A stretch of 63,213 bases of DNA, the filler included, from Chiloscyllium plagiosum (Eukaryota): NCBI RefSeq assembly GCF_004010195.1. It is 3 parts of one record of this genome, joined end to end, with 100 filler letters (N's around TTAATTAATTAA, not from the genome) between each part and the next. Parts side by side here need not be neighbours in the genome. Positions count along the whole stretch, not along the records: positions 43,440 to 63,213 come from NC_057717.1; 2 more parts are not named here. One strand, 5' to 3'. This document shows positions 47,751 to 61,445 of this stretch, piece by piece. Numbering within the stretch: the stretch's first letter is position 1; every line of letters begins with the position of its first letter. Made by a program: the position numbers and the translations under genes. The notes beneath the pieces were generated by a model, which searched no databases, was not told the DNA's origin, and saw only the letters and a program-made list of their open reading frames with translations.

Positions 47751-50700
47751 TGCACTGATACTGAATCTGATACTGATGCTGCCAGACTTGCTGAGCTTCG
47801 CTAGCTATTTCTGTTTTTTATTTCAGTCCCAATTCAATTAGTGATGATGCCGGTGTTGTTCAGTGTATTTGAGAACAGCAAGCACCCAGCTGGCAGGGGG
47901 ATGGGGGTATAGTGGGCAGCATGGCTGCCTTCCAAGCAGTTAGTATGGGTTCGGATCTCAGCCATCGCACGGTGGCACCTTTGAAGTGATGTTCAATGGA
48001 AAACCCCGAGATGAAGTCAATGAGATCCATCTGTCAGAAGATTTCCAAACGTTTGAGGATGCGATACCAGCTGCTGTTACACTTCCAGAGCTGGCAAAAC
48101 TCTGAGTGATTCTCTAAATGGTTATTTCAACAGTGAGTGATTAATCCAGGAGAGTCAACATGGGTTTCTCAGGGAAGGTTGTACCTTGCTCAATTTGAGA
48201 GAATTTCTTTGAAGGAAAAAGATTGATCGATGGAGAGAGTGTTTGTGATGGGGATAAAATGGATGATAGGAATTGTGCTACATTTGCGTGTCTGGAAAAA
48301 CTCAGTGAGGAGAGCGTTAGACCCTCCGATCTAAGCTGGTTCAAGCATCCTTCAGGCACAATGTTAATTGGGCTTCACTGAGACAAACCTGAAACGCCGT
48401 GTGGCTGCTTTCTGTGCTGTCATCTGTCTCCAAGTCCCTGGCTCTATCTGACAGTGTGTTCAAGAAGAGAAACTGACAGGTTACATTGGTCATGGTAAAG
48501 GTAAGGACGGACTGGTGATGACTGGCAAAGGAACCAATTGTCAATGAGGAAATAGGATTTGTGCCACAATCTGTCCAACACTGACATTTGCATTCTCCTT
48601 TTTTAGCATCGTCTGGTTAACTGAGGGAAATAAAATGGGGAATTACCGGGAATTAGAGCACATTTAATGAAAGGTAGGTGGTGAAATTAGCCAGGTTGTC
48701 AGTGCAGGGAACCCTCACAAATACAAAGTGTGTATTAGTTTGTTCAGTACTATAGCAGCTGTAGCATTCTATGATTCTGAATTATGATGGATTGTTCCAA
48801 ATCTCCACTTCCCCTTCAACTGCTGTAACGGGCTGTAATTTCCCTATTCCTGCAGACACAGTTGGAACTGAAGGAACCTGGGCAATTTCAAAAGGCCACA
48901 TCATGACAATGTCTCCACCAGGGTGAGGTGTTTCTGGCCAGATTGATAACAATGTTAGCTGCCAATTACACAGAGGTAGGGTTCTATTAAGCAGATTTGG
49001 CACAAAGTCAGAGTGAGGTAATGGTGTTCCCAGTGTCTCGCTGATGTGAACAGATCAAATAGCACATTGTGGTGCACTGTGTGTGGCAGTTTGAGAGGGA
49101 CCACTCCAGCAGAATGACACATTCCCCGGTGACAGTGTCTCGATCTTGAAAGCCCACAATTATGTGTGAACCCGAGCCAGTGCAAAGGCTGTCCCTTACA
49201 TTCCAATTGATCTGCCAGTCTGAAACAAGTTAATTTCTGTCACTGTTGCACAGGGCACCAAGTGTGTCTCCATCCTGTCCCATTCCCAATGTGGTTCAAT
49301 GCTATCCACTTCTCCCTGGGCCGAGGCAGATTCTCTTTGGTTTCTCGGCTTCTGGTTTGGGACATGGAGGTACCATCTGTGGTCCCAATATGACCTGACC
49401 GCCAAACATTTCTGAGCCAAGACTGATGTCAGCAACTGCTTATGAATTGGGGCCCTGAAGTACTTGNNNNNNNNNNNNNNNNNNNNNNNNNNNNNNNNNN
49501 NNNNNNNNNNNNNNNNNNNNNNNNNNNNNNNNNNNNNNNNNNNNNNNNNNNNNNNNNNNNNNNNNNNNNNNNNNNNNNNNNNNNNNNNNNNNNNNNNNNN
49601 NNNNNNNNNNNNNNNNNNNNNNNNNNNNNNNNNNNNNNNNNNNNNNNNNNNNNNNNNNNNNNNNNNNNNNNNNNNNNNNNNNNNNNNNNNNNNNNNNNNN
49701 NNNNNNNNNNNNNNNNNNNNNNNNNNNNNNNNNNNNNNNNNNNNNNNNNNNNNNNNNNNNNNNNNNNNNNNNNNNNNNNNNNNNNNGTAATGACAGTCCA
49801 TGGTAGAGCTACGGTAGAGGGCTCGCTAATGTCAGGGATTCATACAATAAATGGTCATGACTGACATCACGGAGACAATGTGAGGTACATTCCCTCAACA
49901 CCAAGCTGCTGGACAAAAATCCAACATAAATTACAAAGCAAATTTCGATGTTAGCATAAAGGAAGAGGAAAACAGGGTTGATGCAGCAAACAAAATCACA
50001 TCCATCTACTAGAAAGCAATGTAATCTCTTAATGTGAAGGCAGCATTATTACAACAGCAGGCTGCCTCTCTGTTCATAAAGTGGCGAGGATTACGAGTTT
50101 CTCTAATTAACACAGTTTCCAATGATGATTCTTCCCTCGATGAGGTCATCCCTTCCCTGTCACAATCCAATTTCAGTGAGAAACATCTTCTACCAACTGG
50201 GAATGATGAAGTTGTCATCATCAGAGCTGCAACACCAATCTCCCAGGGGAGATCACACAGAATAAAATGGATACACGCAGAGAATGTAACACCGCAGAGT
50301 TTAATGCTTGCATTTTTATGTGCAAGAATAAAGGATTGTCACTCTGCATTGAAATGTATCTGCCAATTCAATTAGCCAGGAAAGGTTTCTTCATGATTCT
50401 TGCCATCACTGGTGTTCCTGGTAAGTGCTTATAATTTTTTACAATTTGTGGATGTTATCTCTCCTGGTTTTCCTTGTTAATTAAGAGATTTGCATTCTGA
50501 TGTAATATTCAATGTTATACACACTCCCGAGTTGAAATATCAGACAATTAAATTAGATATTAAACAATTCTGTTGTTTCATTGCTTTACTTCATGATTAC
50601 CCTTAGTCAAATGTTATGAACTCCTGAATTGCATCTTAGACTGGAGGCTACCTTCAGGGAAGGAGTTATTGGAAATGTCAGCAACTGCAATGGATCTTGG

Positions 50701-50989
50701 TCAGTCAGTGCAGTGGATCTCATAAACCCAGTGTTCTCACATTCCTGCGTGTATCTGTGTTTGTGCAGTTGTATTGATAGCAGCACATTTCCTCCTTCCT
50801 ACTTTAGGGAGCACGACAGTAAAAGGGTTTTCAGCTGGTTAATCTCCTTTACACCGTGTGGGTTTCAGATTCTGTTAGCTCTGACTGTTCGATGTTCAGA
50901 ATCCGCTGTCGGCTTGGGTAACTGTTGAGGAGCACGAATTGACCTTTCCAATTATGGGAGTGATGAAGATTTGAGGAATAATTTTCTTC

Positions 50990-51185
50990 TCATAGAGTCA
51001 TGCAACACAGAAACGGCCCCTTTGTCAACTCCTCAATACCGATCAGATATCGCAAATTAACCTAGTCCCATTTACCAGCATTTGGCCCATATCCTTCTAA
51101 ATCCTTCCTGTTCATATACCCATGCCTTTTAAATGTTTTAATTTTACCCACCATCACCACTGCCTCTCACGGCTCGTTCCATCCA
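50990..51185 (-). mobile_element. CR1 3' tail fragment
   Basis: TCATAGAGTCAT..GAAACGGCCCCTTTGTC.AAC..CTAGTCCCATTTACCAGCATTTGGCCCATATCC. Confidence 0.75.
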
Positions 51186-52959
51186 TGTCTCGGTTCAAAG
51201 CTGTAATCTGCAGTGGGGCCTGCTGTTTGTGGATGGAGGGTGTCCCTACGAGGACAGACAAGTGTAACGGTCAGGTGTACATTCTCGGATTCCAAAATAT
51301 AGGATCAAAATAGAATTAAAAATAAATACCAGTTCCCTCAGACTTGTTAAACATTGGATTTGTCATTACATTCTTCATTCCGCTTCCCCTGTCCCACCTG
51401 CAGTAGTTTTTTTTTCTGAATGAGTACAGAGCTACACACTGAGGATGGCTTTCCTTTCTGACCGTGGCTATCCACTCGACTGTAAAATATACAATAAATC
51501 TGAGTATTCTTTAAACCACAGTGGGCATGACCCATTCTCAGTGAGAGAGCAAATCATTTTCTGTCAAACGACCCTTGACGATTTCCCATGGCTTCCCCGG
51601 AATGTTCAGGTTGGATAATATTTATTAGATTCCAGTTCTCCGCCATTCTGAATGGTATTGCTCCCCACCCCATAATCCGTCTCTTATCCTGGGTGTTCCT
51701 GCTTTACCTCTGAGTCTGGAACAATTGGCAGCTGTTGGAACCGCTTATCCCTCTGTTGCTGTCTGCTGGATAAACTGGAGGGTTTTTAAATCTCTCTTTC
51801 CTACAACACAGTTCATAGCTTCACCTGGCTAATCCCAGACTGTTCCTTTACCTTCCCCCACATTGACAGTGATCCTGGATTTATTTTTCGGGAATGAAGC
51901 TGGGCTGACCTCTCAGTGAGGAAGCATTTTGCAGGCAGTAATCATAACTCAAGATTAACATGGAAAAAGACAAGGATGAGGGGGAAATCAAAGTTCTAAA
52001 CTGTGGGAATAAGATCGAGTGTGATTAGACCGAGAGCAGAAACGTTTAAGTAAGTCCATGTCAGAGCAGTGGGATGTATTGAAGGCGGAAACAGGGAAAT
52101 TACAGGGTCACGATGTTCACTGAAAGATATAAGGTGGTACTCGGAAATGCTGTGAACTCTGCATATCAGGGGATTTCCAGGATAAGTTCAGCAAAAATTG
52201 TTGGAAATTGGAATTCAATCCATGAATGTGAGCTGATGCACTTGGCGGGACACAAAACACAAGGGATACATTATGAATATAGAAACCTGGGAAAACTGAA
52301 TCAGGGGGATCTTGGTGCNNNNNNNNNNNNNNNNNNNNNNNNNNNNNNNNNNNNNNNNNNNNNNNNNNNNNNNNNNNNNNNNNNNNNNNNNNNNNNNNNN
52401 NNNNNNNNNNNNNNNNNNNNNNNNNNNNNNNNNNNNNNNNNNNNNNNNNNNNNNNNNNNNNNNNNNNNNNNNNNNNNNNNNNNNNNNNNNNNNNNNNNNN
52501 NNNNNNNNNNNNNNNNNNNNNNNNNNNNNNNNNNNNNNNNNNNNNNNNNNNNNNNNNNNNNNNNNNNNNNNNNNNNNNNNNNNNNNNNNNNNNNNNNNNN
52601 NNNNNNNNNNNNNNNNNNNNNNNNNNNNNNNNNNNNNNNNNNNNNNNNNNNNNNNNNNNNNNNNNNNNNNNNNNNNNNNNNNNNNNNNNNNNNNNNNNNN
52701 NNNNNNNNNNNNNNNNNNNNNNNNNNNNNNNNNNNNNNNNNNNNNNNNNNNNNNNNNNNNNNNNNNNNNNNNNNNNNNNNNNNNNNNNNNNNNNNNNNNN
52801 NNNNNNCCAACATTGAGCAAGCCATCCTCAGGCATTTCGCACTGTTCAGCTATAGACACCATGCAATGTGTCTTGCCTCACAAGGTATTCCACAGGCTCT
52901 GCTGATAGACAGGGTTACTCTTCCATCATCTCTGTTGTTTACCGTTTTTTCTGAACCAT

Positions 52960-53430
52960 GAGTTGATTTGATATAATTTATTGTTATATTGTCCTTTGTA
53001 AATATTGTTATATTTACCTTTGTATTGTGAGGGGGAAAAATTGTTTTGCTTGCAATGCCGCGAATATTCCATGGAAAGACACAAAGGCCACCGGGTGATT
53101 GAACAGAGTGAGGGATACAGAGTTATAGCTGCAAGGAAGGTGCACAAGAAGCAAGATCAACATTCGGTTGAAAATTTGAGAGGCCCATTCAGAATTCAAA
53201 TAACTATGGGGACGAAGCTATTCTTGAACATAGTGTTCTCTGTGTTTATGGTTTTGTATCTCCGGACTGACGGAATAGGTTGAAGGAGAGTTTAACCGGG
53301 ATGGGAGGCTCTTTAATGGTGTTGGCTGGCTTTCTGTGGCAACAAGAAATGTACATTCAGTTAATGGATGGAAGGTTGGCTTGTGAATGATCTGGCCTGT
53401 GTTTCTAACTCTCTGTAGTTTCTTTTAATT
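52960..53430 (-). mobile_element. Rex1/Babar LINE 3' end
   Basis: Reverse complement aligns with about 61020-61445, including the (AAATC)n tail. Confidence 0.7.
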
Positions 53431-56400
53431 TAGATACCTGTCCACAAGAAATCTTCTGGAACACTGAATTTCCAGTGTATGCCTGGACAGTTTATTTTAC
53501 TAAAGGTGCCCTGTGGAATCCGCCCGAGCTTCTGAACAACACCCAGTTTAACTTGCCATTTTGCCTTTGTAAACTTCCCGTACATTTTGAACTGAATGAT
53601 GAACAGCATGTTATTAATTTTCGAAAGCTTGCCGGTTTCCACATTGAAAGTAAAGAATCCAGTGTCAATTCACGACAGTCACCTTCTTGGATGTGATGTG
53701 GTGATAACTGAGGAGAATTAGTGCAGCTTTGCCGGGATTGGCAATAGTATCTTGTTACTGTTACCTCTATCTCCATGCACCCACAATGTTGGTTCAACCA
53801 ACAGGATCGGCCTGTCATTCCCCATCATATTTACAGATGATTGGGGTTTGCACTTGACCAGATTTACCACAATCCCAACTCCCTCATCTTTCATTGTGCT
53901 TGCACATGAAGCATTTACCTTCACCTGGAAATCACATTTTAACAGCATGGATTATCACTGCCTCGGATCATCATCCCTTTGTTGTTGAACCGCATCTACC
54001 CTCAAACCGATCATAAAAAAACTTTTTCCCCCTTCCCCAATACACCTTTTCACTTTCATGACAATTGATTTAAAGCTGCCCTGTTTTGATATTCAGCACT
54101 CTGATGATTTGTTTTCATCCTCATAAATTAATGCAAGGACTCACTGAAAAGAGTCACTTTTGTTTGTGATGACTGTTTGATCTTTATTGCTGTTGTAGCA
54201 ACAATGCAGATTGCTTGTAAACTTATACAGAAAAGAGTGCTCATTAATATTAAGTCATTTTTCCTTTTTCCTTCTGACAGTGAATTGTGTGGCTATCATG
54301 ATCCTCTCCCAGGGAAAGTGTGGCCTTGCTGCCAGCACAACACGCTATCTGGTGGCCATGGCAGCAGCAGATCTACTGGTCATTGTCAGTGAGGTCATAC
54401 TGAGGCAAATAAATTTTTATTACTTCCCAGTATGTTTCCTGGACATCACTCCTGTGTGCAGTGTTATCCATGTCCTGAGCCGTGCATCCATACACTGTTC
54501 TGTCTGGTTCACCATCGCATTTACCTTTGATCGGTTCGTCAGCGTTTGTTGCCACAAACTGAAAACTAAATATTGCACTGGGAAAAACGCATCTGTAATT
54601 CTCTCAATAACCGGGATTCTGCTTTGTTTAAAAATGTTCCTCGGTATTTTAGATTTGAGCCCAGAAAGATAATCAGGAACATACCATTTTACTGCAGGAA
54701 TAAGCGAAGCGACCTCACTGACTCTCGCTGGATTGGATACAACTAATTTGCTGTGGCTCTAACCCCATTGGGCCCATTCTTTTTCATTGTGTTCCTCAAT
54801 GTTCTGACAATCACACGCATTTTATTTAAATCAAGACAAGCCCGTAAGGGACTGAGGGGCCAGAGTAAGGAAGGGGAGCAGGTTGACCCCGAAATGAAGA
54901 GTAGAATTAAGGCAGTGATTTTACTCTTCACCATATCTGGAAACTTCATCTTTCTCTGGCTGCTACATGCTTTATATATTCTCGATGTCCCAGATCATTT
55001 AAATGATTATGACGATGACATTTTTGAACAAGTTGGATACATGCTGCGCAATTTAACATGCTGCACAAACACCTTTATTTATATGGCAGCTCTGCCCAAG
55101 TTGAGAGCTCAGTTCAATAGAGCGGTGAAATATCCAGTTTCCAGAGTTATTGAACTAATCACTGCATAAATCTGACAAAAGCTCAAAGTCCCGCAGGTGA
55201 TGGGCAAGAAATGACCATGGAGGACCAAAGGGAACCCTTCTACAGATGCAAATCCGTCAGAGAGATCAGAGAAGATGGAATATTTAGCAGACATCAAGAG
55301 AACCGAAAGAAGANNNNNNNNNNNNNNNNNNNNNNNNNNNNNNNNNNNNNNNNNNNNNNNNNNNNNNNNNNNNNNNNNNNNNNNNNNNNNNNNNNNNNNN
55401 NNNNNNNNNNNNNNNNNNNNNNNNNNNNNNNNNNNNNNNNNNNNNNNNNNNNNNNNNNNNNNNNNNNNNNNNNNNNNNNNNNNNNNNNNNNNNNNNNNNN
55501 NNNNNNNNNNNNNNNNNNNNNNNNNNNNNNNNNNNNNNNNNNNNNNNNNNNNNNNNNNNNNNNNNNNNNNNNNNNNNNNNNNNNNNNNNNNNNNNNNNNN
55601 NNNNNNNNNNNNNNNNNNNNNNNNNNNNNNNNNNNNNNNNNNNNNNNNNNNNNNNNNNNNNNNNNNNNNNNNNNNNNNNNNNNNNNNNNNNNNNNNNNNN
55701 NNNNNNNNNNNNNNNNNNNNNNNNNNNNNNNNNNNNNNNNNNNNNNNNNNNNNNNNNNNNNNNNNNNNNNNNNNNNNNNNNNNNNNNNNNNNNNNNNNNN
55801 NNNNNNNNNNNNNNNNNNNNNNNNNNNNNNNNNNNNNNNNNNNNNNNNNNNNNNNNNNNNNNNNNNNNNNNNNNNNNNNNNCATCAAGTGTGTTTGTTTG
55901 TGTTTAATTACTGCATCAATCCACATGCTGTTCAAATCTTCCTATACCCTGTTCTTACACCATTACTGGAAATTTCAGACTCAGACTTGACATGTTAACC
56001 ATGGTTTTATTGTCAGTCGGCTTCATGTCGCTGAAGTGTCTGCTATCCATTAGGTAACTCCATGTGGTTTCCATCTGAACTGCGCTGTCTCCAGCAACAT
56101 CTGCGTTTCAAATTGGTCTTGCCTTCAAATCTGTATTTTAATGTTATCTTGCTATCAGATATGTCAATGATTTCACCCAGCCTGAAGCATCCATGAGTGT
56201 GCACCGCCTCTATCTCTGTAACTACCTCCAACCCGGAAACGTTCCCTGTTTCAGGAATCCATCCCAATAAGCAGCATTGGTCTGTACAGCCACCGAGTGA
56301 CTCACTCAGAGTGGAAGAGAGTCATCCTCAATGTGAGAGACCCCAGTGATGCTGTGTGTAGAATGTGTTACAGAGCGATTGTGTGACAGAGGATCCAAGG

Positions 56401-56649
56401 GGATATTAATATCTTCAATGAAAGGGAAAACCTGGCTGAGAAAGTTTCACAGCAGACTACCTCCCTGTCCTTATCTGGTCTGCTGGAAATAACTGACAAT
56501 GTAGCATTTGTCCTCCTCCTCATTGACTCCACTATCAGTTACATTTCTGATCCCATAAATCCCTCTGGATAATGATATTAAATAACTTCTCACTATTTTC
56601 AACCGAGTCATTCTGTTTTTTTATTTCTGTTCCTCCTACAAATGTGAAC

Positions 56650-57170
56650 CACATGTTGTCATTGTACCATCCTCCACCACTTCCTCTGACAGCTCATTAG
56701 CTTCACTCGGCAAGTCCCGGGGATGACAGGGCTGCCCCATGAGAGGTTGGTTTATCTGGGCATGTATTCAGGACAATAAGGGGGGATCTGATGGAAATGT
56801 ATCCAATTCTAACGGTTGGACAGACGGGATACAGGGGGTGGGCTGTATCCCCTGGGGAGGTGTTCTCAGAACAAGCATCACAGTCTCAGGACATGGGCTC
56901 GCCCATTTCTAATAGAGAGGAAGAGAATTATCTTCACACAGAGTGATCAGCCTGAGGAATTCTCTCCCACAGAAGGCTGTGGAGCACAGGTTACTGAGTA
57001 AATTCAGGAAAGACATTGATATGTTTTTTACTGGTTAATGACATCACGGGGTTTGGAAAGAAATTGGGAATATAGCGGCGAGATAGAGAGTCAGGCATGA
57101 CCACACTAAATGGGAGAGCAGGCGAGAAGGGCTGAATGGCCTCTTCCTGCTCCTGGTTTCTGTGTTTCTG
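56650..57170 (+). mobile_element. Old CR1 3' fragment
   Basis: HSLRTWARPFLIERKRIIFTQ; tail GGGCTGAATGGCCTCTTCCTGCTCCT. Confidence 0.7.
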
Positions 57171-57819
57171 TCAGTTTAATGTCCTCCTGAAAATCTCCCC
57201 CTGAAAAGTATCAGTGATTACATTGGGGAAGCACATCAGTAGCTGTTTTCGTTCACATTCCTGCATCTTGAAAATGTGGTTTTATTTGCAGAGACGATGA
57301 ACAGTCAGTGTGAGGATCAAAGTGGGCCACAGGATTCCTGATGCTGCCTCAGTGAAACAGGCACAGGAAGGCTTCCTTACTGTCGATGGCCAATCGCCTG
57401 CAATAAAGACCGACAATTCATGGACCTTCCGGATTGTTCACGGTCCCTGGGTGTGAATGTTCTGTGTGATTTACGGGCAATATAAATGTAGCAGAAATAC
57501 ACTGAATATCCTCATTTAAACGGAGGGAGTGGGCAGTTATAAAGCACTTTCTGTTTTATATCTTAAGGGTATCCCAAAATGTTTTACAGGTAATCGAACT
57601 GTTTTGGAATATAACGGCATTGTAGGGAATGGAGGGAATTTTAGAAACAGGGAGAGTTACAGACACTGATACAGAGCCAGAGCCACAGGTACAGGATGAG
57701 ATTGTCCTGGAGATGTTTCAGAGCTCAATCTGTGACCCACACAAGACCGGGACACCAGTGGATGGAAAACAATCAGTTTTTGGTCATATGGAGAAAGGGT
57801 TTTATTGTCTCTGTGACTG

Positions 57820-58925
57820 TTATCGATCTAGACTTCCAAAAGGCCTTTGATAAGGTGCCTCATGGGAGGCTGCTGAGTGAGGTGAAGGCCCATAGTGTTC
57901 GAGGTGAGCTACTGGCATGGATTCTGGTTTGGCTGTCTGACTGAAGGCAGAGAGGTGGGATAAAAGGTTCTCCTTCAGAATGGCAGTTCGTGACAAGTGG
58001 TGTCCGACAGGGTTCAGTGTTGGGACTGCGGCTGTTCACTTTATATATTAATGATCTGGATGGAGGGACTGGGGGCATTCTGGCAAAGGTTGCTGATGAT
58101 ACGAAGTTAGGTGGACAGACAGGTAGTTCTGAGGAGGTGGGGAGGCTGCAGAAAGATTAAGACAGTTTAGGAAAGTAGTCCAGGAAATGGCTAATGAAAT
58201 TCAATGTGAACAAATGCGAGGTCTTGCACTTTGGAAATCAGAATATAAGCATGGACTATTTTTTAAACGGTGAGAAAAGTCCTAAGCCAAAGTACAAAGG
58301 CATCTGGGAGTGCTAGTCCAGGATTCACTAAAGGTTGACTAGTAGGTTGAATCTGTGATTAAGAAAGCAAATGTAATGTTGTCATTTATCTCAAGAGCGT
58401 TCGAATGTAAAAGGAGCGATGTGCTTCTGAGACTTTATAAAGGCCTGGCTAGGCACTATTTAGAATATTGTGTCCAGTTTTGGGCCCCACACCTGAGGAA
58501 GGACATACTGGCACTGGAGCATGTCCAGCAGAGATTCCCACGGATGATCCCTGGAATGGTAGGCCTAACATACGAATGGCTGAGGATCCTGGGATTGTAT
58601 TCATTAGAGTTTAGAAGGTTGAGGTGAAAGTGAATAGAAACTTACAAGATAATGTATGGCTTAAAAAGGGTGGATGCTGGGAAGTTGTTTCTGTTTGGCG
58701 GGGAGATTAGGACCCGTGGGCACTGCTTTAAAATTACAGGGAGTCAATTTGGAATGGAAATGAGAAGACATGGAAATGATCTCGCAGGGAATTAAGGGCG
58801 ACAGGGAAAGTGTGGGTAAGTGGAATTGGCACGCCCGTAAGCCATGATTAAATGGTGGAATGGACTCGATGGGCTGAATGGCCTTGATTCCACTCCGGGG
58901 TCTTAACATCTTTTGGTCTTATTGT
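57820..58925 (+). mobile_element. CR1 LINE RT and 3' end
   Basis: [43 protein letters not shown]. Confidence 0.9.
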
Positions 58926-60189
58926 CTATGTGCTGGGAGGGTTTCATGGGGGAAATTTAAAGGGGGTTTTGCTCCTCATCTAACTCCATACTGTACCTGT
59001 CCTGGGATTGGTTGATGGGGACAGTGTAGAGAAAGCTTTATTCTGTACCTAACCCATGTGGACCCTTTTGTGTGAGAGTTTGATGGGAACAGTATCGAGT
59101 GATTTAAACAAAACCTAACTTCATGCTGAACACACCAAAGGGTTCCAGTCTATTATTAGGTTACTAGACAATGAGCCTCCAGAAACAACTAAAATATTTT
59201 CTCTCTATCTAACCCGGCGGTTTCTGTCATTAACTCTCAAACTTTCATCATTTTTGATCTTTCTAAATCCCAGTGACACCATCCTGGGCTTGTGTCATTT
59301 CCCTGACCATTGAACCCGTGCTGTCCAGCTATAGTTCTGTGAATCTTCGCTGCATTCACTTGCACATGGACTCCCAAGTCCCAACTCGTTCTTCCCTTTC
59401 CCTGTTTATAAAGTCACTGTCAGTGTTGTGCTAACATGAAATGGCTGCTTTCAACAAACCTAAAATGGCTAACTGCCTGACACTTCTGAAAACATTTGTC
59501 CTGCTTTACAGATTAAAACACACCTTACACTTTGTACATTATCATCTCTCGGCCTCCTGCAGATGAAATAAAGTGAGCTGTGAACCGATGTATTTTGGAT
59601 GTTAGAGGAGGGATAATCTAAACTAAGTGGTACAATGTTAAACTAGGTGCAGGAACAGGAGAGGGACAAATGAATGAAAAGCGTTTCCCATTCATGTATT
59701 CCTGCATTGTGGAAATGTTAATTTACAAATTACACTGCAAAAGCAGGATATGGAGAACTCTGTTACAAAGTTTCAATTGATTAAGATCTGGATTCAAGAA
59801 TTTGTTTAAAGTCAGTGCCCTGAGATAATTTAAAATGTCAGCAGTCTGTCTGACTTTCAAACTTCAACCATTAAAAACGAGAGGAATATACAAAAGGTAA
59901 CATGATAGGTCTGCTACTGAATTGTAACTATGAGGACTTGTTCAGAATTTGTCAGATTTTTGGTGTGGAATCAGGAGCATTTATCCAGAAAACAGGCATT
60001 TACCAAGTGTCACACTGACGCACCTTGTGTATTTGAATCTTCATTGACTGCCAGGGCCATTCGGTAACATGTCTCCCTCTGTGCTGTAAGGAACAAACAA
60101 ACACAAGAAAAAGGAGCAGGAGTCAGGAATTCGGCCCCTCGAGCCTGCTCCGATATTTAATACAGTCATGGCTGAACCCATCTATGAAG

Positions 60190-61445
60190 TGCTTTGAGAG
60201 GTTAGGAATGGCACACATTAACTCCAGCCTCCCAGAATGCCTCAGTCCACTATAATTCACCTCCCATCAAAATAGATCCATGCAGACGCCATCTTCCTCC
60301 TCTTCACCCATCCCAGGAACGTCTGGATAACAAGGACACCTCCGTCAGACTCCGAGATATTGACTTTAGCTCTGCCTTGATCACCATAATGCTAACAAGA
60401 CCCATCGACACAGTCTGAGCCCTGGGACTCTTTCCTCACCGCTGCAACTGGATGCTCACCTTTCTGACCTGCAGATCAGAATCAATAAGGATGGTTGAGA
60501 ACACCTCCTCTATGATAATCCACAATACTGGTGCCCTGCAAGGCTGTATACTCACCCCCTTCTATATTTCTTACCTTCTCATGACTGTATGGCCACATTC
60601 AGCTCCAACTCCATTTACAGATGAGCTAATGACACCACCATAGTGGGTAGGATCTCAAACAACAGTGAGACAGAGTACAGGAAAGAGAGCTTAGTGGTAT
60701 GGTGTAAAGACAACAATCTCTCCCTCAATGTCAGCAAGACAAAGGAACTGGTCATTGACTTCAGGATGTGGACTGAAGGACAGACCCTGGTCTCTGTCAT
60801 TGGTGCTGAGGTGGAGGCGATTGAGAGCTTCAAGTTCTGAGGAATTAATATTACCAACAATCAGTCCATCCATGTCAGCTCTACAGCCAAGAAAGCTCAT
60901 TAATGCCTCTACGTCTTCAGAAGGTGAAGGAAATTTAGCATTTCAGCAAAGACTCTGACCAATTTTTATATTGCACTGTAGAAAGCATCCTATCCAGATG
61001 CATCACACCTTGGTATGGTACCTGCTCTGCCCGTATTGCAGGAAATTACAGAGAGGTATGAATCCAACCCAGTCCATAACCCAAATCACATTTCCTTCCA
61101 TCTGACTCGGTCTCGACTTCCTACTGCTTCAGGAAAGCAGCGATCATAATCAAAGGCCCCTCCCACCCCTGCAATACACTCTTCCACCCTCTTCCATTGG
61201 ACAGAAGATGCATAAGTTTGTAAACATGTACCAGTAGGTTCAGTAACAGTTTCTTCCCTGCTGATATCAGACTTGTGACGGGGCCAGTCATATGTTAGAG
61301 TTCATCCTTCTCTGCACCTGTTCTATGGCCACAACTCCCGTTGTCCTTATATAAGACATGATTTGTACTGGATATCGCGTAAAACAATATTTTTCACTGT
61401 GACTCGGTATATGTGACGATCATAAATCATATCAAATCAAATCAA
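60190..61445 (+). mobile_element. Rex1/Babar LINE RT and 3' end
   Basis: NTGALQGCILTP, WCKDNNLSLNVSKTKELVIDFR, (AAATC)n tail. Confidence 0.85.

Larger units (their letters stand above)
50354..55169 (+). pseudogene. GPR139/GPR142-like class A GPCR, two coding exons (50354-50420, 54281-55169), disrupted
   Basis: Exon 1 MYLPIQLARKGFFMILAITGVP then GTAAGT; polypyrimidine tract..CTGACAG then in-phase VNCVAIMILSQGKCGL..RYLVAMAAADLL, SVWFTIAFTFDRF, LLFTISGNFIFLW, CCTNTFIY; 1-nt deletion in the A-run at 54630-54634 and in-frame TAA at 54744-54746. Confidence 0.9.

Noticed and set aside
47840..49460. L1/Tx1-like LINE remnants
   Set aside because: Only faint motif resemblance; strand and family could not be established by eye
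53005..53120. TRIM B-box-like peptide LYCEGEKLFCLQC..HKGHRV
   Set aside because: Lies antisense within a Rex1 LINE 3' UTR homologous to about 61300-61445; no RING, coiled coil or splice context, so probably coincidental
19633..55990. Long ORFs full of X in the ORF track
   Set aside because: Artefacts of N gaps
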